Shown one piece after another: positions 49,644 to 60,282 of a stretch of 64,000 bases of DNA. Source of the DNA: Bacillota bacterium (GTDB taxonomy: Bacteria > Bacillota > Clostridia > Oscillospirales > Oscillospiraceae); assembly GCA_023402075.1 (NCBI GenBank), contig JAEXCS010000002.1, positions 17,532 to 81,531 of the forward strand, written 5' to 3'. The notes under the pieces are model-generated. The model was not told the DNA's origin, made no database searches, and worked only from the letters and a program-made list of their open reading frames with translations. Position numbers and translations under genes: made by a program. How positions within the stretch are numbered: the first letter of the stretch is position 1; the number at the start of each line of letters is the position of its first letter.

Positions 49644-49786
49644 ATGATGCGGTGTAAGTTTCAGTATATTTGATAGGCGGAGTATGCTTTCTGCCGGGAA
49701 ACAGCGCGCAGGCGCTTTTGCAGCATAGCTGGGATGCTCCGCTACTATCTTGCATTTTGTACAATTATAGAAGGGACGGTTATCTT

Positions 49787-51226
49787 ATGGCAGTTTTGGA
49801 CCAGCTGGAGCCAAAAAAGGTTTTTCAGTTCTTTGAGGAAATGTGTGCGATTCCCCACGGCTCCGGTAATACGAAGGCGGTCAGCGACTGGTGCGCAGAC
49901 TTTGCAAAAAAGCGGAATCTTGAATATCATCAGGACGCGGCAAACAATATCATTATTATTAAGGAAGCCACCTCCGGCTATGAGCAGGCAGAACCCGTGA
50001 TTCTTCAGGGACATTTGGATATGGTCTGCGAAAAAGTTCCGGAGTGCTCCAAGGATATGACGAAAGAGGGACTGGATCTGGCCATAGACGGAGATCTGGT
50101 TTTGGCAAAGGGCACCACGCTTGGCGGGGACGACGGCATCGCCGTGGCAATGGCAATGGCGATTTTGGACGCGGATGATCTGGCTCACCCCCGGATTGAG
50201 GCAGTGTTCACGGTGGACGAGGAGATCGGGATGCTGGGTGCGGATGTTCTGGATGTGTCCCCGCTGAAAGGGCGCAAATTCCTGAACATAGATTCCGAAG
50301 CCGAGGGAATTTTCACCGTCAGCTGTGCCGGCGGAAACATGACCAAGTGCACGCTTCCCGTCCGGCGGGACAGCTTTTCCGGTTCTGCGCTCAGCGTCAC
50401 GGTAAGCGGGCTTACCGGCGGTCACTCGGGGCAGGAAATTAACAAGGGCCGTGGAAACGCAAACCTCTTGATGGGCCGCGCACTGCTGGCCATCAGTCAG
50501 GCAACCGAACTGCGGCTGGTGACGGTGAACGGCGGACTGAAAGACAACGCCATTCCGCGCGAAACGACGGCAGTTATAGTGGTTGCCGACGAACAGAAGG
50601 CCCGCGTTGCCGGGGAAAGTCTTTGCGTGGCGCTGAAAAACGAATACCGCGTTACGGACAAGGACGTTGTTTTGGACGTAACCTCCGCCAAGGCGGAGGC
50701 GCTGCCCATGGACGAGGATTCTACCGCCCGCTGCCTGTGCTTCCTCAGCTGTGCTCCCAATGGGATTCAGGCTATGAGTTCCGATATTGAGGGGTTGGTG
50801 CAGACCTCTTTGAATCTGGGGATTTTATCCACACAGGAAAGTGCTATGGTGGCTTCTTTCTGTGTGCGCAGCAGTGTGGGCAGCCAAAAGGAAATGCTGA
50901 AAGCTCGTTTGATCTGCCTTGCAAAGCAGTTGGGCGGAAAAACAGAGATATCCGGAGAGTATGATGCGTGGGAATATCGCGCGGAGTCTCCGCTGCGGGA
51001 TCTCATGGTAGAGGTATTTAAAGACCAGTATGGCAAGGCCCCCGAAATTGAAGCCATCCACGCGGGCGTGGAGTGCGGCTTGTTTTCCGGTAAAATGCCG
51101 GGACTTGACTGTGTCTCCATTGGCCCTGATTTGAGTGAAATTCATACACCCCGGGAGCGGCTGAGCATTTCCTCCACACAGCGCATTTGGAAATTTTTAG
51201 TGGAAGTTCTGAAACGCTCTAAGTAA
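49787..51226 (+). CDS. pepD: Aminoacyl-histidine dipeptidase (M20C)
   Basis: LQGHLDMVCEK, GTTLGGDDG, DEEIG, GGHSG, IHAGVECG. Confidence 0.92.
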   Translation: MAVLDQLEPKKVFQFFEEMCAIPHGSGNTKAVSDWCADFAKKRNLEYHQDAANNIIIIKEATSGYEQAEPVILQGHLDMVCEKVPECSKDMTKEGLDLAIDGDLVLAKGTTLGGDDGIAVAMAMAILDADDLAHPRIEAVFTVDEEIGMLGADVLDVSPLKGRKFLNIDSEAEGIFTVSCAGGNMTKCTLPVRRDSFSGSALSVTVSGLTGGHSGQEINKGRGNANLLMGRALLAISQATELRLVTVNGGLKDNAIPRETTAVIVVADEQKARVAGESLCVALKNEYRVTDKDVVLDVTSAKAEALPMDEDSTARCLCFLSCAPNGIQAMSSDIEGLVQTSLNLGILSTQESAMVASFCVRSSVGSQKEMLKARLICLAKQLGGKTEISGEYDAWEYRAESPLRDLMVEVFKDQYGKAPEIEAIHAGVECGLFSGKMPGLDCVSIGPDLSEIHTPRERLSISSTQRIWKFLVEVLKRSK

Positions 51227-51310
51227 AGCAGCCCTACGAAATAAAACGAGCAACCGCTTCTCATCATGTGACAGAGTCATTTTCCGAATCGTGTTGAAGC
51301 GGCTTGTATG

Positions 51311-51346
51311 AATCGGCAGACAGCGAGGTTTCGCTGTCTGCCGATT
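51311..51346. terminator. Hairpin between convergent pepD and pta
   Basis: AATCGGCAGACAGCGA-GGTT-TCGCTGTCTGCCGATT. Confidence 0.6.
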
Positions 51347-51606
51347 GCATTGATGCCCGATGATAGCCCGTTTGCACGAACTGCGCGCTCGTTTCTTAAT
51401 TACTGAGGTGCAATCATAATCCTGCTGGCAAGTCCATATTTTTAAAGCCTGCCGCTGTGTCGTTTTAAATCATGATGCTGCAAAAAACACGCCTTGGGCC
51501 TATTTGGCCTAAAGCGTGTTTTTGCATGCAGCTAACTTTTCTGAAACCAGCGCTATAACCTCGCCGGTTTAGTGTCTGCGTCTTCTGCTTTTGTCTTAGC
51601 GCAGGG

Positions 51607-52590
51607 TTATTCGCACTCCACCAGTCCTGCGGTAATGATAGCCATGGAGTAGACCTCCTGCGCGTTGCAGCCGCGGGAAAGGTCGTTAATGGGGGCGTTC
51701 AGACCCTGAAGAATAGGTCCGTATGCCTCGAAGGAGCCAAGACGCTGCGCAATCTTATAGCCGATGTTGCCGGCGTTGATGTCGGGGAAAATGAAGGTGT
51801 TGGCGTGGCCTGCAACCGGAGAGCCGGGGCACTTGGTATGGGCCACGTGGGGAGAGACAGCCGCATCAAACTGCATCTCGCCGTCCATGGCAAGCTCGGG
51901 CGCGGCGGCATGGGCCTTGAGATAGGCGCCCCGCATCCGATCCACGTCCTCGCCCTTGCCGGAACCAAGCGTGGAGTAGCTCAAAAACGCGATCTTGGGA
52001 TCAATGCCAAACTTCTGGGCAGTGGAAGCGGTTTCCAGCGCAATTTCCACCAGCTCATCCTCCGTGGGCTTGATGTTGATGGCGCAGTCGCCCATTGCCA
52101 GCACCTCGCGGTCGCCGGTGGCGGAGGGGCGAACCAGAATGAAGCAGGAGGATACAATTTTGCTGCCCGGCTTGGTCTTGATGATTTGCAGCGCGGGACG
52201 AACAGTGTCAGCGGTAGAATAGGTTGCGCCGCCAAGCAGCGCATCCGCATAGCCCATCTTCACCAGCATAGTGCCAAAATAGTTGGGCTGCTTAAGCAGC
52301 TTGCGGCACTGCTCCTCATCCATCTTGCCTTTGCGCAGCTCCATCAGCAGCGTCACCATTTTCTCCATGTCGGCAAACTCCGCGGGATTAATAATCTCGG
52401 CGCCGCGGATATTGAAGCCGATATCCTCGGCCACGGCAGAAATCTCCTCAGGAACGCCCACCAGCACGGGGGTGAGAAACGTACCGGACAGCAGACGGGC
52501 GGAAGCCTCCAGCACGCGGGGATCCGTCCCCTCGGTGAAGACAATTTTGCGGGGATTGGTTTTCAGCTTTTTGATCAGAAATTCAAACAT
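51607..52590 (-). CDS. pta: Phosphate acetyltransferase
   Basis: DGEMQFDAA, GNIGYKIAQR, PINDLSRGC. Confidence 0.95.
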   Translation of the reverse strand: MFEFLIKKLKTNPRKIVFTEGTDPRVLEASARLLSGTFLTPVLVGVPEEISAVAEDIGFNIRGAEIINPAEFADMEKMVTLLMELRKGKMDEEQCRKLLKQPNYFGTMLVKMGYADALLGGATYSTADTVRPALQIIKTKPGSKIVSSCFILVRPSATGDREVLAMGDCAINIKPTEDELVEIALETASTAQKFGIDPKIAFLSYSTLGSGKGEDVDRMRGAYLKAHAAAPELAMDGEMQFDAAVSPHVAHTKCPGSPVAGHANTFIFPDINAGNIGYKIAQRLGSFEAYGPILQGLNAPINDLSRGCNAQEVYSMAIITAGLVECE

Positions 52591-52893
52591 GCACTTTTCC
52601 TCCAATAAATTACCAAAACAACGTTTTTCACGGGACTTTTACATTACTTCTCATTATACACAACTCAAAAAGCCGGTCAACCAAAAATTTTGAAAAATCA
52701 GAAAAAAGACGACGAAAAATTCTCGTTGCTTGCGTATTTTTTCGTGAACTCTAAACGATTTCTCAATGCAGACGCAGTAAAAGACTTTTCTCCTGCAAAA
52801 AAACCGTTTTCCAGTCGTTTTTGCATGGGAAGCTCCGCTTTCGGGCAGACTATTTTTACGGAAACCCCATCTGAACGAAAGGGAGCGATTTTT

Positions 52894-53055
52894 ATGAAAA
52901 AGCGGCAAAGCCGCGCAAAGGTCAGTCAACAGCCTATGGAGCAGGCCCAAATCATGACTGATTTTTCCTCCCAGCAGACCGACCCGCAGGGGAGCTACAC
53001 AGGCCGTCCGGCCGACCCCCTCGACCCGCCGGTGCAGGATGCGGACGACCTTTGA
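52894..53055 (+). CDS. Small 53 aa hypothetical protein
   Basis: AAAGGGAG RBS; TDPQGSYTGRP..PVQDADDL C-terminus. Confidence 0.65.
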   Translation: MKKRQSRAKVSQQPMEQAQIMTDFSSQQTDPQGSYTGRPADPLDPPVQDADDL

Positions 53056-53204
53056 AATCAGGTTCCTCTTCCTCCATTATATGAGCCGCTCCGCCAAAAG
53101 GTGGGGCGGCTTGCTTTTAGCCAAAGGACTTCCCGAAGCCTCTCTTTTCAGTAGCTTTTCGGTAAGCATGGTTTTCAAAGCGCTTCTTGACCATTTTGCA
53201 TGGC

Positions 53205-53948
53205 TTATCCATTGATAAAATTGGACACGATGGTCCATACCCCCATACACATAATAAAAATAAAAACCCAGGATTTGACTCGCGCTAAATCCGCCCGCTT
53301 GTAAAGGCCGATACGCCCCAGCCACAGTCCCAGCAGCAGTCCCCCAGCAGCAACCAGCGACCAAATAAGCACTTGTCCCGTCACCTGCCCGTTGACGGCG
53401 CGAACACCCACGGAATACAGGTTGGTGGTCAGAAAGAAAAATTGAAGTGTTCCCACATATGCTTCCTTGCTTTCCAGCGTACTCAGACAGTATAGCGCGG
53501 CCGGTGGCGCGCTGACGGAAAACAGGCCCCCAAACAGACCTGCCAGCGCCCCCGTGACGATTCCGGCCCTGGGCGTGGCGGAGATACGGGTTTTGTCGGC
53601 TGTAAGCAGATAGTAAAGTCCCACCAGCACCAGAAACAGGCCGAAAATGACGCTTAACACCAGCTTTGGCGCCCCCGCCGACCACACGGCGGCGAAGGGC
53701 ATCACCACAAAATACGCCACAACCAGCCACAATACATGCTTTGGCCGCGCGTCCTTGCGGTATTGGAGAAACATAGTAGACGACGCCACCAGCGACAGCA
53801 CCGCGCAAACCGTTGAGGACACGGGGATGCTGGGCAAAAACAGCGGAAAAAACGCCATTACCACCGCCGCGTAGCCAAAGCCGATGGCAGCCTGCAAAAA
53901 TCCGCCGGCAAAGGATGCCAGCACCAGCCAGAGAAAAATAGGTGACAT
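53205..53948 (-). CDS. TauE/SafE family exporter
   Basis: AGGFLQAAIGFG, G.LAGLFGG...PP, multi-TM. Confidence 0.85.
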   Translation of the reverse strand: MSPIFLWLVLASFAGGFLQAAIGFGYAAVVMAFFPLFLPSIPVSSTVCAVLSLVASSTMFLQYRKDARPKHVLWLVVAYFVVMPFAAVWSAGAPKLVLSVIFGLFLVLVGLYYLLTADKTRISATPRAGIVTGALAGLFGGLFSVSAPPAALYCLSTLESKEAYVGTLQFFFLTTNLYSVGVRAVNGQVTGQVLIWSLVAAGGLLLGLWLGRIGLYKRADLARVKSWVFIFIMCMGVWTIVSNFING

Positions 53949-54109
53949 AAAGTAAGCCCTCCTTAACCGGCGGGTTTGCCGGTGTAATGTGCAGGTACTC
54001 ATGATGGTATGTCTGCTGCTATAAAATGTACGCAGGATTTATATGATGATAGCTGATATTCAGGGAAAAAGCCATGCTCCTTTTGACGGGGCATGGCTTT
54101 TAAAGCGGT

Positions 54110-54874
54110 TTAAGAAAGAACTTCCCGCTGCGCCAGCAGGGCCGCGCCATAGGCTCCGGCAAACCGGCCCTCCGGCAGGCAGCAGACGGTGTGGCGCAGC
54201 TTCTTTCCCAATGCCTGCGCAAAAAAATCCAAATGGCTCAGCCCGCCGGTCAGCAGCACCGTTTCTTCCAGCGGCAGCCGCTCAGCAAGCTGGGCCACCT
54301 TCTCCGCCACGCTGTCCACGATTCCGGCGGCGATGTCCTCCCGGGGATGGCCCGCGCCGATGTAGCCGATAATCTCCGACTCTGCAAATACCGTGCATAA
54401 AGAGCTGATGGGCAAAACCTTCCCCCGTTCCGCTAGAGCGAACAGCGCGTCGATTTCGCACTCCAGCCGATTGGCCATCACCTCCACGAATTTCCCCGTT
54501 CCGGCGGAGCATTTGTCGTTCATCAGGAAGTCATCCGCCGCGCCGTCCCGGATGTGGATGGCTTTGGTATCCTGTCCGCCCACGTCGATCACCGTGCAGG
54601 TGGGAAACTGGGCGGCGCAGCCGGCTGCAAAGCAGGTGATTTCCGTAATCTGTTTTGCCGCATACTCCACCGCACGGCGGCCATAGCCGGTGGAAACCAC
54701 CGCAGCCTCCTCCACCCGCACGCCCAGCGCCAGCAGGCGGCGGGCAATCTCCTTTGCCGTTTCCGGGCTGCTCCAGCCGGTGGGAAGCACAAAGCGCGTC
54801 TCTCCCGGGCCTAAAACCGCCACCTTGGCGGCGGTGGAGCCAATGTCGATTCCAACGCAGGTTCTCTCATTCAT
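54110..54874 (-). CDS. Acyl-CoA dehydratase activase-type ATPase
   Basis: GIDIGST, TGYGR, IDVGGQDTK, MNDKCSAGTG, CTVFAESE. Confidence 0.92.
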   Translation of the reverse strand: MNERTCVGIDIGSTAAKVAVLGPGETRFVLPTGWSSPETAKEIARRLLALGVRVEEAAVVSTGYGRRAVEYAAKQITEITCFAAGCAAQFPTCTVIDVGGQDTKAIHIRDGAADDFLMNDKCSAGTGKFVEVMANRLECEIDALFALAERGKVLPISSLCTVFAESEIIGYIGAGHPREDIAAGIVDSVAEKVAQLAERLPLEETVLLTGGLSHLDFFAQALGKKLRHTVCCLPEGRFAGAYGAALLAQREVLS

Positions 54875-54890
54875 TCTTGCCTCTCCCAAT

Positions 54891-55163
54891 TCAGCAGTAG
54901 CGGTCACGGTGGGGGTTGATCTGCCGGGGCAGCGCAACAATCCGGTCAATCTCCGCCTCCGACTCCGGAATACAGCGCTGAAGCGCTTCGATATCCTCCG
55001 CCCGCACCAGAAGGGATATCCCGCAGCAGGCGCTGGCCATCCGGGGGGTGGGGGAAATCCGAACCGGAATCCCCCGCCCCCGGGCGTATTGATAAAGCTT
55101 CAGCCCCTCGGTGTGATTTGGAAAGAGCACATAGTAATCCTGCTCCTCCCCATGTCCGTCCAT
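54891..55163 (-). CDS. DUF3343-like small protein
   Basis: PTPR..S.CCG motif; overlaps upstream stop. Confidence 0.75.
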   Translation of the reverse strand: MDGHGEEQDYYVLFPNHTEGLKLYQYARGRGIPVRISPTPRMASACCGISLLVRAEDIEALQRCIPESEAEIDRIVALPRQINPHRDRYC

Positions 55164-56434
55164 TATTTCAGCATCTCCACAAATGCGCCGATGCGGGTGC
55201 GAAGCTGCTCCGCGTCCGTGTCGGTATAGTCGGTTTCAAGACCCAGCACGGGGATACCGCGTTCCTTCATGGCCCGCTCCACGTCCCGGCCCTCGGTGTC
55301 GTACAGGGTGCAGAATTTCAGGTTTGCGTCAATCACGCCGTCGACATGATAGGCCTCGGCAAGACGCAGAATATCATCGATACGGCCCGTGTTGGGGGTA
55401 AAGCAGGCGCAGTTATTCTTCATGTACCGATCCGCCAGGTTGTGAATCTGCTCGTCCAGCGTTGTGCCGCTCTCATCCACCAAATTCTCAAAATACCGGG
55501 TACCGGTGCAGTTCTCCTCGCACACCACCGCCGCGCCGGAGGTTTCAATGATGTGATGCAGCTTCCAGTTGGGAATCGCCATGGGCGTGCCGGTGACGAG
55601 AATCCGCTTGGTTCCCTTGGGGAATACGCCCATGCCGTCTTTGATACGCTGTTCCAGCTCGTCCGCCAGCTTGTTTGCCATTTCGGCGCAGCGGACGGGG
55701 TCGTCGTAAAACGCAATCTGCATCATCAAAAGCGCGTCCTTGCCGCTGATGGGGGTGGGGTCGGCCTTGCGGCACTCAAACACACGGGCAAGCGCCTTGC
55801 GCTTATTGTTCAGCATTTTAATGGAAGCCGCCAGCTTCTCCGGCGTGACGGTATTGCCGGTAAATTCCTCCACGGTATGTAAAAAGGTCCGAATTTCGTC
55901 CTCCCACTTCCGATAGTCCTGCTCCCGCTTCATCTGGGGCATGTCCATCACATGAATGGGAACCTCTTCCTTCAGAATCTCCCACGCCTTCTTCTTTCCG
56001 TCGCAGGTCGTTTCGCCCACGTACATGTCCGCGATGCGGAAAAAGGGGCAGGTCTTGCCAACCCGTGCGCCCACGGATGCCTTAATCAGCGGGCACATGT
56101 TTTTGGGCAGAACCTTCTCTCCCGCCCCCACCCAAAACTGGGAGCCGCCGCACAGGCCCGTGGCAATGGCGTCGGCTGCGAACACCACCTCATCAGGCAC
56201 GAAGATACAGAAGGTGCCCAGCACCTTGCCGCCTTTTTTCTGGTGCTCGATCAGCTCGGCGGGCCGAACGCCGTGAATCTCAGACACCACAAAGTCGTAA
56301 AACGCCATGCCCTCCGGCCGGTTTTCCTGAGAGAGATAGGTGTCGCCAAACGCTGCGGGAAGCACCTCGCACAATTGGTCGTGTGTCTCCAAATCCATCC
56401 CCAAGCTCTTCCACATCTCACGATAATCTGCCAT
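55163..56434 (-). CDS. Double-cubane cluster reductase (2-hydroxyacyl-CoA dehydratase D family)
   Basis: GTFC, LCGG, CPLIK, ETTCDGKKK, EENCTG, CACF, LKFC: Cys-rich two-cluster pattern. Confidence 0.85.
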   Translation of the reverse strand: MADYREMWKSLGMDLETHDQLCEVLPAAFGDTYLSQENRPEGMAFYDFVVSEIHGVRPAELIEHQKKGGKVLGTFCIFVPDEVVFAADAIATGLCGGSQFWVGAGEKVLPKNMCPLIKASVGARVGKTCPFFRIADMYVGETTCDGKKKAWEILKEEVPIHVMDMPQMKREQDYRKWEDEIRTFLHTVEEFTGNTVTPEKLAASIKMLNNKRKALARVFECRKADPTPISGKDALLMMQIAFYDDPVRCAEMANKLADELEQRIKDGMGVFPKGTKRILVTGTPMAIPNWKLHHIIETSGAAVVCEENCTGTRYFENLVDESGTTLDEQIHNLADRYMKNNCACFTPNTGRIDDILRLAEAYHVDGVIDANLKFCTLYDTEGRDVERAMKERGIPVLGLETDYTDTDAEQLRTRIGAFVEMLK

Positions 56435-56792
56435 GACAATCCCCTCTTTTTCCTAAAATTACCCGGTGCTATGTGCAGCTTGCCCATAGCGCCGGGCGCC
56501 ATGGGGCCATTATATCATCAAAATTTTATACACATCATTTTATTTCGCAATGCAGGGCTTGTACTATTCAAATTATCAATAATAATGCAGTTGCGCTTTC
56601 CTTTTTATAAATAGACTAACAAACCGTGCCGCCTGATGAGAAACGGTATTGACGATTTGGCCAGTGATGGCCTATGATAAAAGCAAGCGGCAGCATAGGA
56701 AAGCGCGGGCACCCGCGCGACGACCGGGACAGCGGCCCGGAGCCGGGGGCAACAGCCCTTCGGCGGCGGTCCCTTCCCCTAAAAAGGAGAAC

Positions 56793-57494
56793 ATGAACAA
56801 AAGACAACAACAACCCAAGCGCATCTGGGAAGTGGATTTTCTGCGCGGTGTGGCTTTGCTTGCCATGGCATACTACCACGTTGTCTACGACCTGCGGGAA
56901 TTTTACGGGGTTCCCATCAGCTATTCGGACGGCATGAATTTTTATGTTGGGCGAGGATCCGCCCTGCTGTTCATGCTGCTGGCGGGACTTAGCTGCACCT
57001 TGACCGGCAGGAGCGCAAAACGCGGACTGAAGGTTCTGGGACTGGGACTGGTTATCACCGCTGTCACCTTTTTTTACGATCCCAGCCACGCTGTCACCTT
57101 TGGCATTCTGCATTTTTTGGGAACCAGCATGCTTTTATACCCACTGGTCTCCCGGCTGAGTCCAGCCCTTCTGACGCTGCTCGGAATTGTGGTTTTCTTT
57201 CTGGGCCGTCTGGCGGCGCAGACTCAGGTGTCGGTGGGCTTTCTGTTTCCTCTGGGGCTGCGGAGTGAGGGCTTCATCTCCTCCGACTATTATCCCCTGC
57301 TTCCGTGGTTCGGCGTGTTTTTGTGCGGCGCTGCTCTTGGAAAGCTGCTATATGCGGAAAAGTGCAGCCTGCTGAAATCTTCCCCGCCGGATACGCTGCT
57401 GAACAAGCTGGGCAGACACACGCTCCCAATTTATCTGGTGCATCAGCCTGTCATTATGCTGGTGCTCTTTCTGCTCTGGCGTTTGATGGGGTAA
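56793..57494 (+). CDS. DUF1624 / heparan-alpha-glucosaminide N-acetyltransferase-like membrane protein
   Basis: RIWEVDFLRG, FGILH, SDYYPLLPW, IYLVHQP. Confidence 0.88.
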   Translation: MNKRQQQPKRIWEVDFLRGVALLAMAYYHVVYDLREFYGVPISYSDGMNFYVGRGSALLFMLLAGLSCTLTGRSAKRGLKVLGLGLVITAVTFFYDPSHAVTFGILHFLGTSMLLYPLVSRLSPALLTLLGIVVFFLGRLAAQTQVSVGFLFPLGLRSEGFISSDYYPLLPWFGVFLCGAALGKLLYAEKCSLLKSSPPDTLLNKLGRHTLPIYLVHQPVIMLVLFLLWRLMG

Positions 57495-57566
57495 GGTGCC
57501 GAACTCGTCGGGCCTAAAAAGCGTCCTGCGCATTCCTGCGCAAGCACTTTGACTTTTGTCTCGGAC

Positions 57567-57608
57567 TGCAAAAAGCGGCTGAATCCTTCGATTCAGCCGC
57601 TTTTTGCA
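57567..57608. terminator. Bidirectional terminator
   Basis: TGCAAAAAGCGGCTGAATC-CTTC-GATTCAGCCGCTTTTTGCA. Confidence 0.8.
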
Positions 57609-57703
57609 TTTGTTTTCCCCGCCGCCCGCTCATCCAAATGCTGGGCCGGGTTTTAAGTATTTCCGTAGCCTGTGCCAAACCGGCGCAATCTGCGGGAGTG
57701 GCG

Positions 57704-58471
57704 TCAGATCGTGGTCCAGCCGCCGTCGATAGCCAGATACTGTCCAGTGGTATAGCTGGATGCATCCGACGCGAAGTAAATCACGGCTCCGTCCAGCTCG
57801 CCGGGCTTGCCGGGTCTGCCCATGGGACAATATGCCTGAACGGCCTGCTTGAATGCGTCGGTCATAATGACCTCTCGTGTCATCTCACTGGGGAAATAGG
57901 CGGGGCCGATGGCATTGACGGTGATGTTATGCTGCGCCCACTCGTTGGCAAGGGCCTTTGTCAGCATCAGGACTCCGCCCTTGGACGCGCAGTAGGCCGA
58001 GATGGGAGAGCCTGCCATTGCCACAACGGAGTGGATGGAGCCAAGGTTGACAATTTTTCCGTAATTTTGCTCAATCATCACCTTGCCCACCTCGCGGGCC
58101 ACGTAGTATACCGCGTCCAGATTGATCCGGGTGGTGGAAAGCCATTCCTCATCGGTCTGCGTGGCGGCAGGAATCCCCTTGCCCACACCTGCGTTGTTTA
58201 CCAGAATATCAATCCTGCCAAAGGTTTCCTTTACAGTATTCACCATGGCGGCAATCTGCTTTGAATCTGTCACGTCACAGGGCACGGCAAGACAGCGCAC
58301 GCCCATGGCTTCGATTTCCTGCTTCACCTGCTCCAGCCGGTCGGTCCGGCGGGCGGTAATGGCAATGTCTGCTCCCTGATTTGCCAGCGCCTTTGCGAAC
58401 TGAACGCCAAGGCCCGAGGAAGCGCCGGTGACCAATGCCACGCGGCCCTTGAGATCAAAGTAGTTTGTCAT
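57704..58471 (-). CDS. SDR oxidoreductase
   Basis: TGASSGLG, NNAG, YCASK. Confidence 0.93.
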   Translation of the reverse strand: MTNYFDLKGRVALVTGASSGLGVQFAKALANQGADIAITARRTDRLEQVKQEIEAMGVRCLAVPCDVTDSKQIAAMVNTVKETFGRIDILVNNAGVGKGIPAATQTDEEWLSTTRINLDAVYYVAREVGKVMIEQNYGKIVNLGSIHSVVAMAGSPISAYCASKGGVLMLTKALANEWAQHNITVNAIGPAYFPSEMTREVIMTDAFKQAVQAYCPMGRPGKPGELDGAVIYFASDASSYTTGQYLAIDGGWTTI

Positions 58472-58617
58472 AAATGAAAACCCCTTTCTTTATTTGTAGG
58501 TTAGCAATATTATAAAATAGTTTCTTCGCCTAAAAAAGATTCAATTTGAAAACTTTTATCGAAATCAGTCGAAATTTATTGGCTGTACTCCCTGATTCAG
58601 AAGAATTTTACATAGAA

Positions 58618-59541
58618 TTATCGTCTGCCCGAAACATATTTCCACAGGGCATATCCCGACGGGGAAAGCGGCGTGTCCGCCAGATAGCTCATGGTCAGAT
58701 ACCACCGCAGGTCATGCCCCTCTATTTTTACAAAGGTAATCTCGTCGATGCTGTTCATTCCGACAATCGAAAAGTCCGCCAGCAGGGAAATCCCGTTGTT
58801 CTCCGGCTCCAGAAGGTAGTCACCGATGGAACTCAGCGCCGGAAGCTCCAAAACCTTTTTGGGCAACAGCCCAATTTCCTTTAAATGGTTCCAGATAACC
58901 GCATTGATAAAATATGTTTTCGGTGGAATGAGAAACAGCATTTCCGTCATTTGGGGAAAATCCGCCTTCGTTAAAAGCAGCGGATGCTCCCGTGTTCCCG
59001 CACGTCCCCCCGCCAGACTGCTGTTCCGGTTGCACGCCAGAAAGAGGTGCTCCTCCTGAATAATGAAGCTGATGAGCCGCGCATCCTGCGGCTCTTGCGT
59101 GTGGAAAAAAGCTATGTCCACATCCCCATTCAGCAGCTCCTCCTTAACGGACAAGCTGGTGCCATCCCGAATGGTCATCTGCTTTTCGGGATTTGTGTGC
59201 AGAAAGCCCTGAATCATCTCGCGGAACAGCAGGGGTGTAAGCTGTGTGGGGATACCGATAGAAAGCGTTTTTTTTGTCAACTTTTTGTGAACCTGAAGCC
59301 GGCTTTCAAGCCGCTTTTCCGCTTCCGTAACCTCCCGCACATATTCCAGATACAGCTTCCCCGCCTCGGTCAGACAAAGCGGCGTGCACGTTCTGTCCAG
59401 CAGCTTCACTCCCAGACTCTCTTCCAGGCGATTTAAATACTGGGACAGGGACGGCTGGGAAACGTGAAGCTGCTGCGCAGCCTTTGAAATATTCTGAATT
59501 TCGGCAATGGCAATGAAATAAGACATTCTTCTGGAATACAT
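58618..59541 (-). CDS. LysR family regulator
   Basis: NISKAAQQLHVSQPSLS..LEESLG..LLDR. Confidence 0.92.
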   Translation of the reverse strand: MYSRRMSYFIAIAEIQNISKAAQQLHVSQPSLSQYLNRLEESLGVKLLDRTCTPLCLTEAGKLYLEYVREVTEAEKRLESRLQVHKKLTKKTLSIGIPTQLTPLLFREMIQGFLHTNPEKQMTIRDGTSLSVKEELLNGDVDIAFFHTQEPQDARLISFIIQEEHLFLACNRNSSLAGGRAGTREHPLLLTKADFPQMTEMLFLIPPKTYFINAVIWNHLKEIGLLPKKVLELPALSSIGDYLLEPENNGISLLADFSIVGMNSIDEITFVKIEGHDLRWYLTMSYLADTPLSPSGYALWKYVSGRR

Positions 59542-59757
59542 ACTCTCCCTCCTTTTCAGCTTTGTGCCGTATGTAAAAAAGCTATTAAGTTAGCATTGTA
59601 CCACAGTAGCGTGACAAAATGGAATACCTCCTAAAAATATTGCAGAAATTATTTTTCTGTTCGTATCTGCGCATCCCTTGTCAGCACAAAGGGGCATGGA
59701 GATTTTCACTCTCCATGCCCCCTTATTATTTGATTCATTCCAAATTGTCAGGTTTTC

Positions 59758-60243
59758 TTAATCCGCCGCCTCCAGCTTCTTTGTTTCAAAAAGCAGCTTG
59801 GATGCGGAGATCAGTGTCATGAGGATCATGCCGATGGCACACCCAAGCGGAGAAACCCATGCCGGGGTACTGCTGGTGGTGCTGGTTTGCCCCACAAGGC
59901 CGAGGGTCATCTGCACCATCTGGAAGCTGAATGCTCCAAAGCACAGTGTTTCAATTAGTCTTTGAATTTTCACCACCGCCCGGTAGGCACCAACACGGCC
60001 CTTTTTCTTCAGTGTGTCGTCCAGCAGCTCCAGCCGCATCAGTCCCCCCTCCGCACACATCATGGCAGAGCCGATGAAATAAACATAGATGCACAGCGTC
60101 CTTAAAAATTCATCGGACCAGTTCAAAGAGAGCTTGAAGCAGTATCGCAGCACCACGCTGACGGTCATAATGATGATGCCTACGAGACCCGCCACCCCCA
60201 AGAAACCATCAAACCCGCTTTTCAGTTTTTGCATTTCTTTCAA
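59758..60243 (-). CDS. TRAP transporter small permease (DctQ)
   Basis: VVLRY..WSDE, four TM segments; terminator hairpin at ~59689-59723. Confidence 0.85.
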   Translation of the reverse strand: MKEMQKLKSGFDGFLGVAGLVGIIIMTVSVVLRYCFKLSLNWSDEFLRTLCIYVYFIGSAMMCAEGGLMRLELLDDTLKKKGRVGAYRAVVKIQRLIETLCFGAFSFQMVQMTLGLVGQTSTTSSTPAWVSPLGCAIGMILMTLISASKLLFETKKLEAAD

Positions 60244-60282
60244 GTTAATCTACCCCTTTATCCTTGCCGCTGCTTTGGCTGT

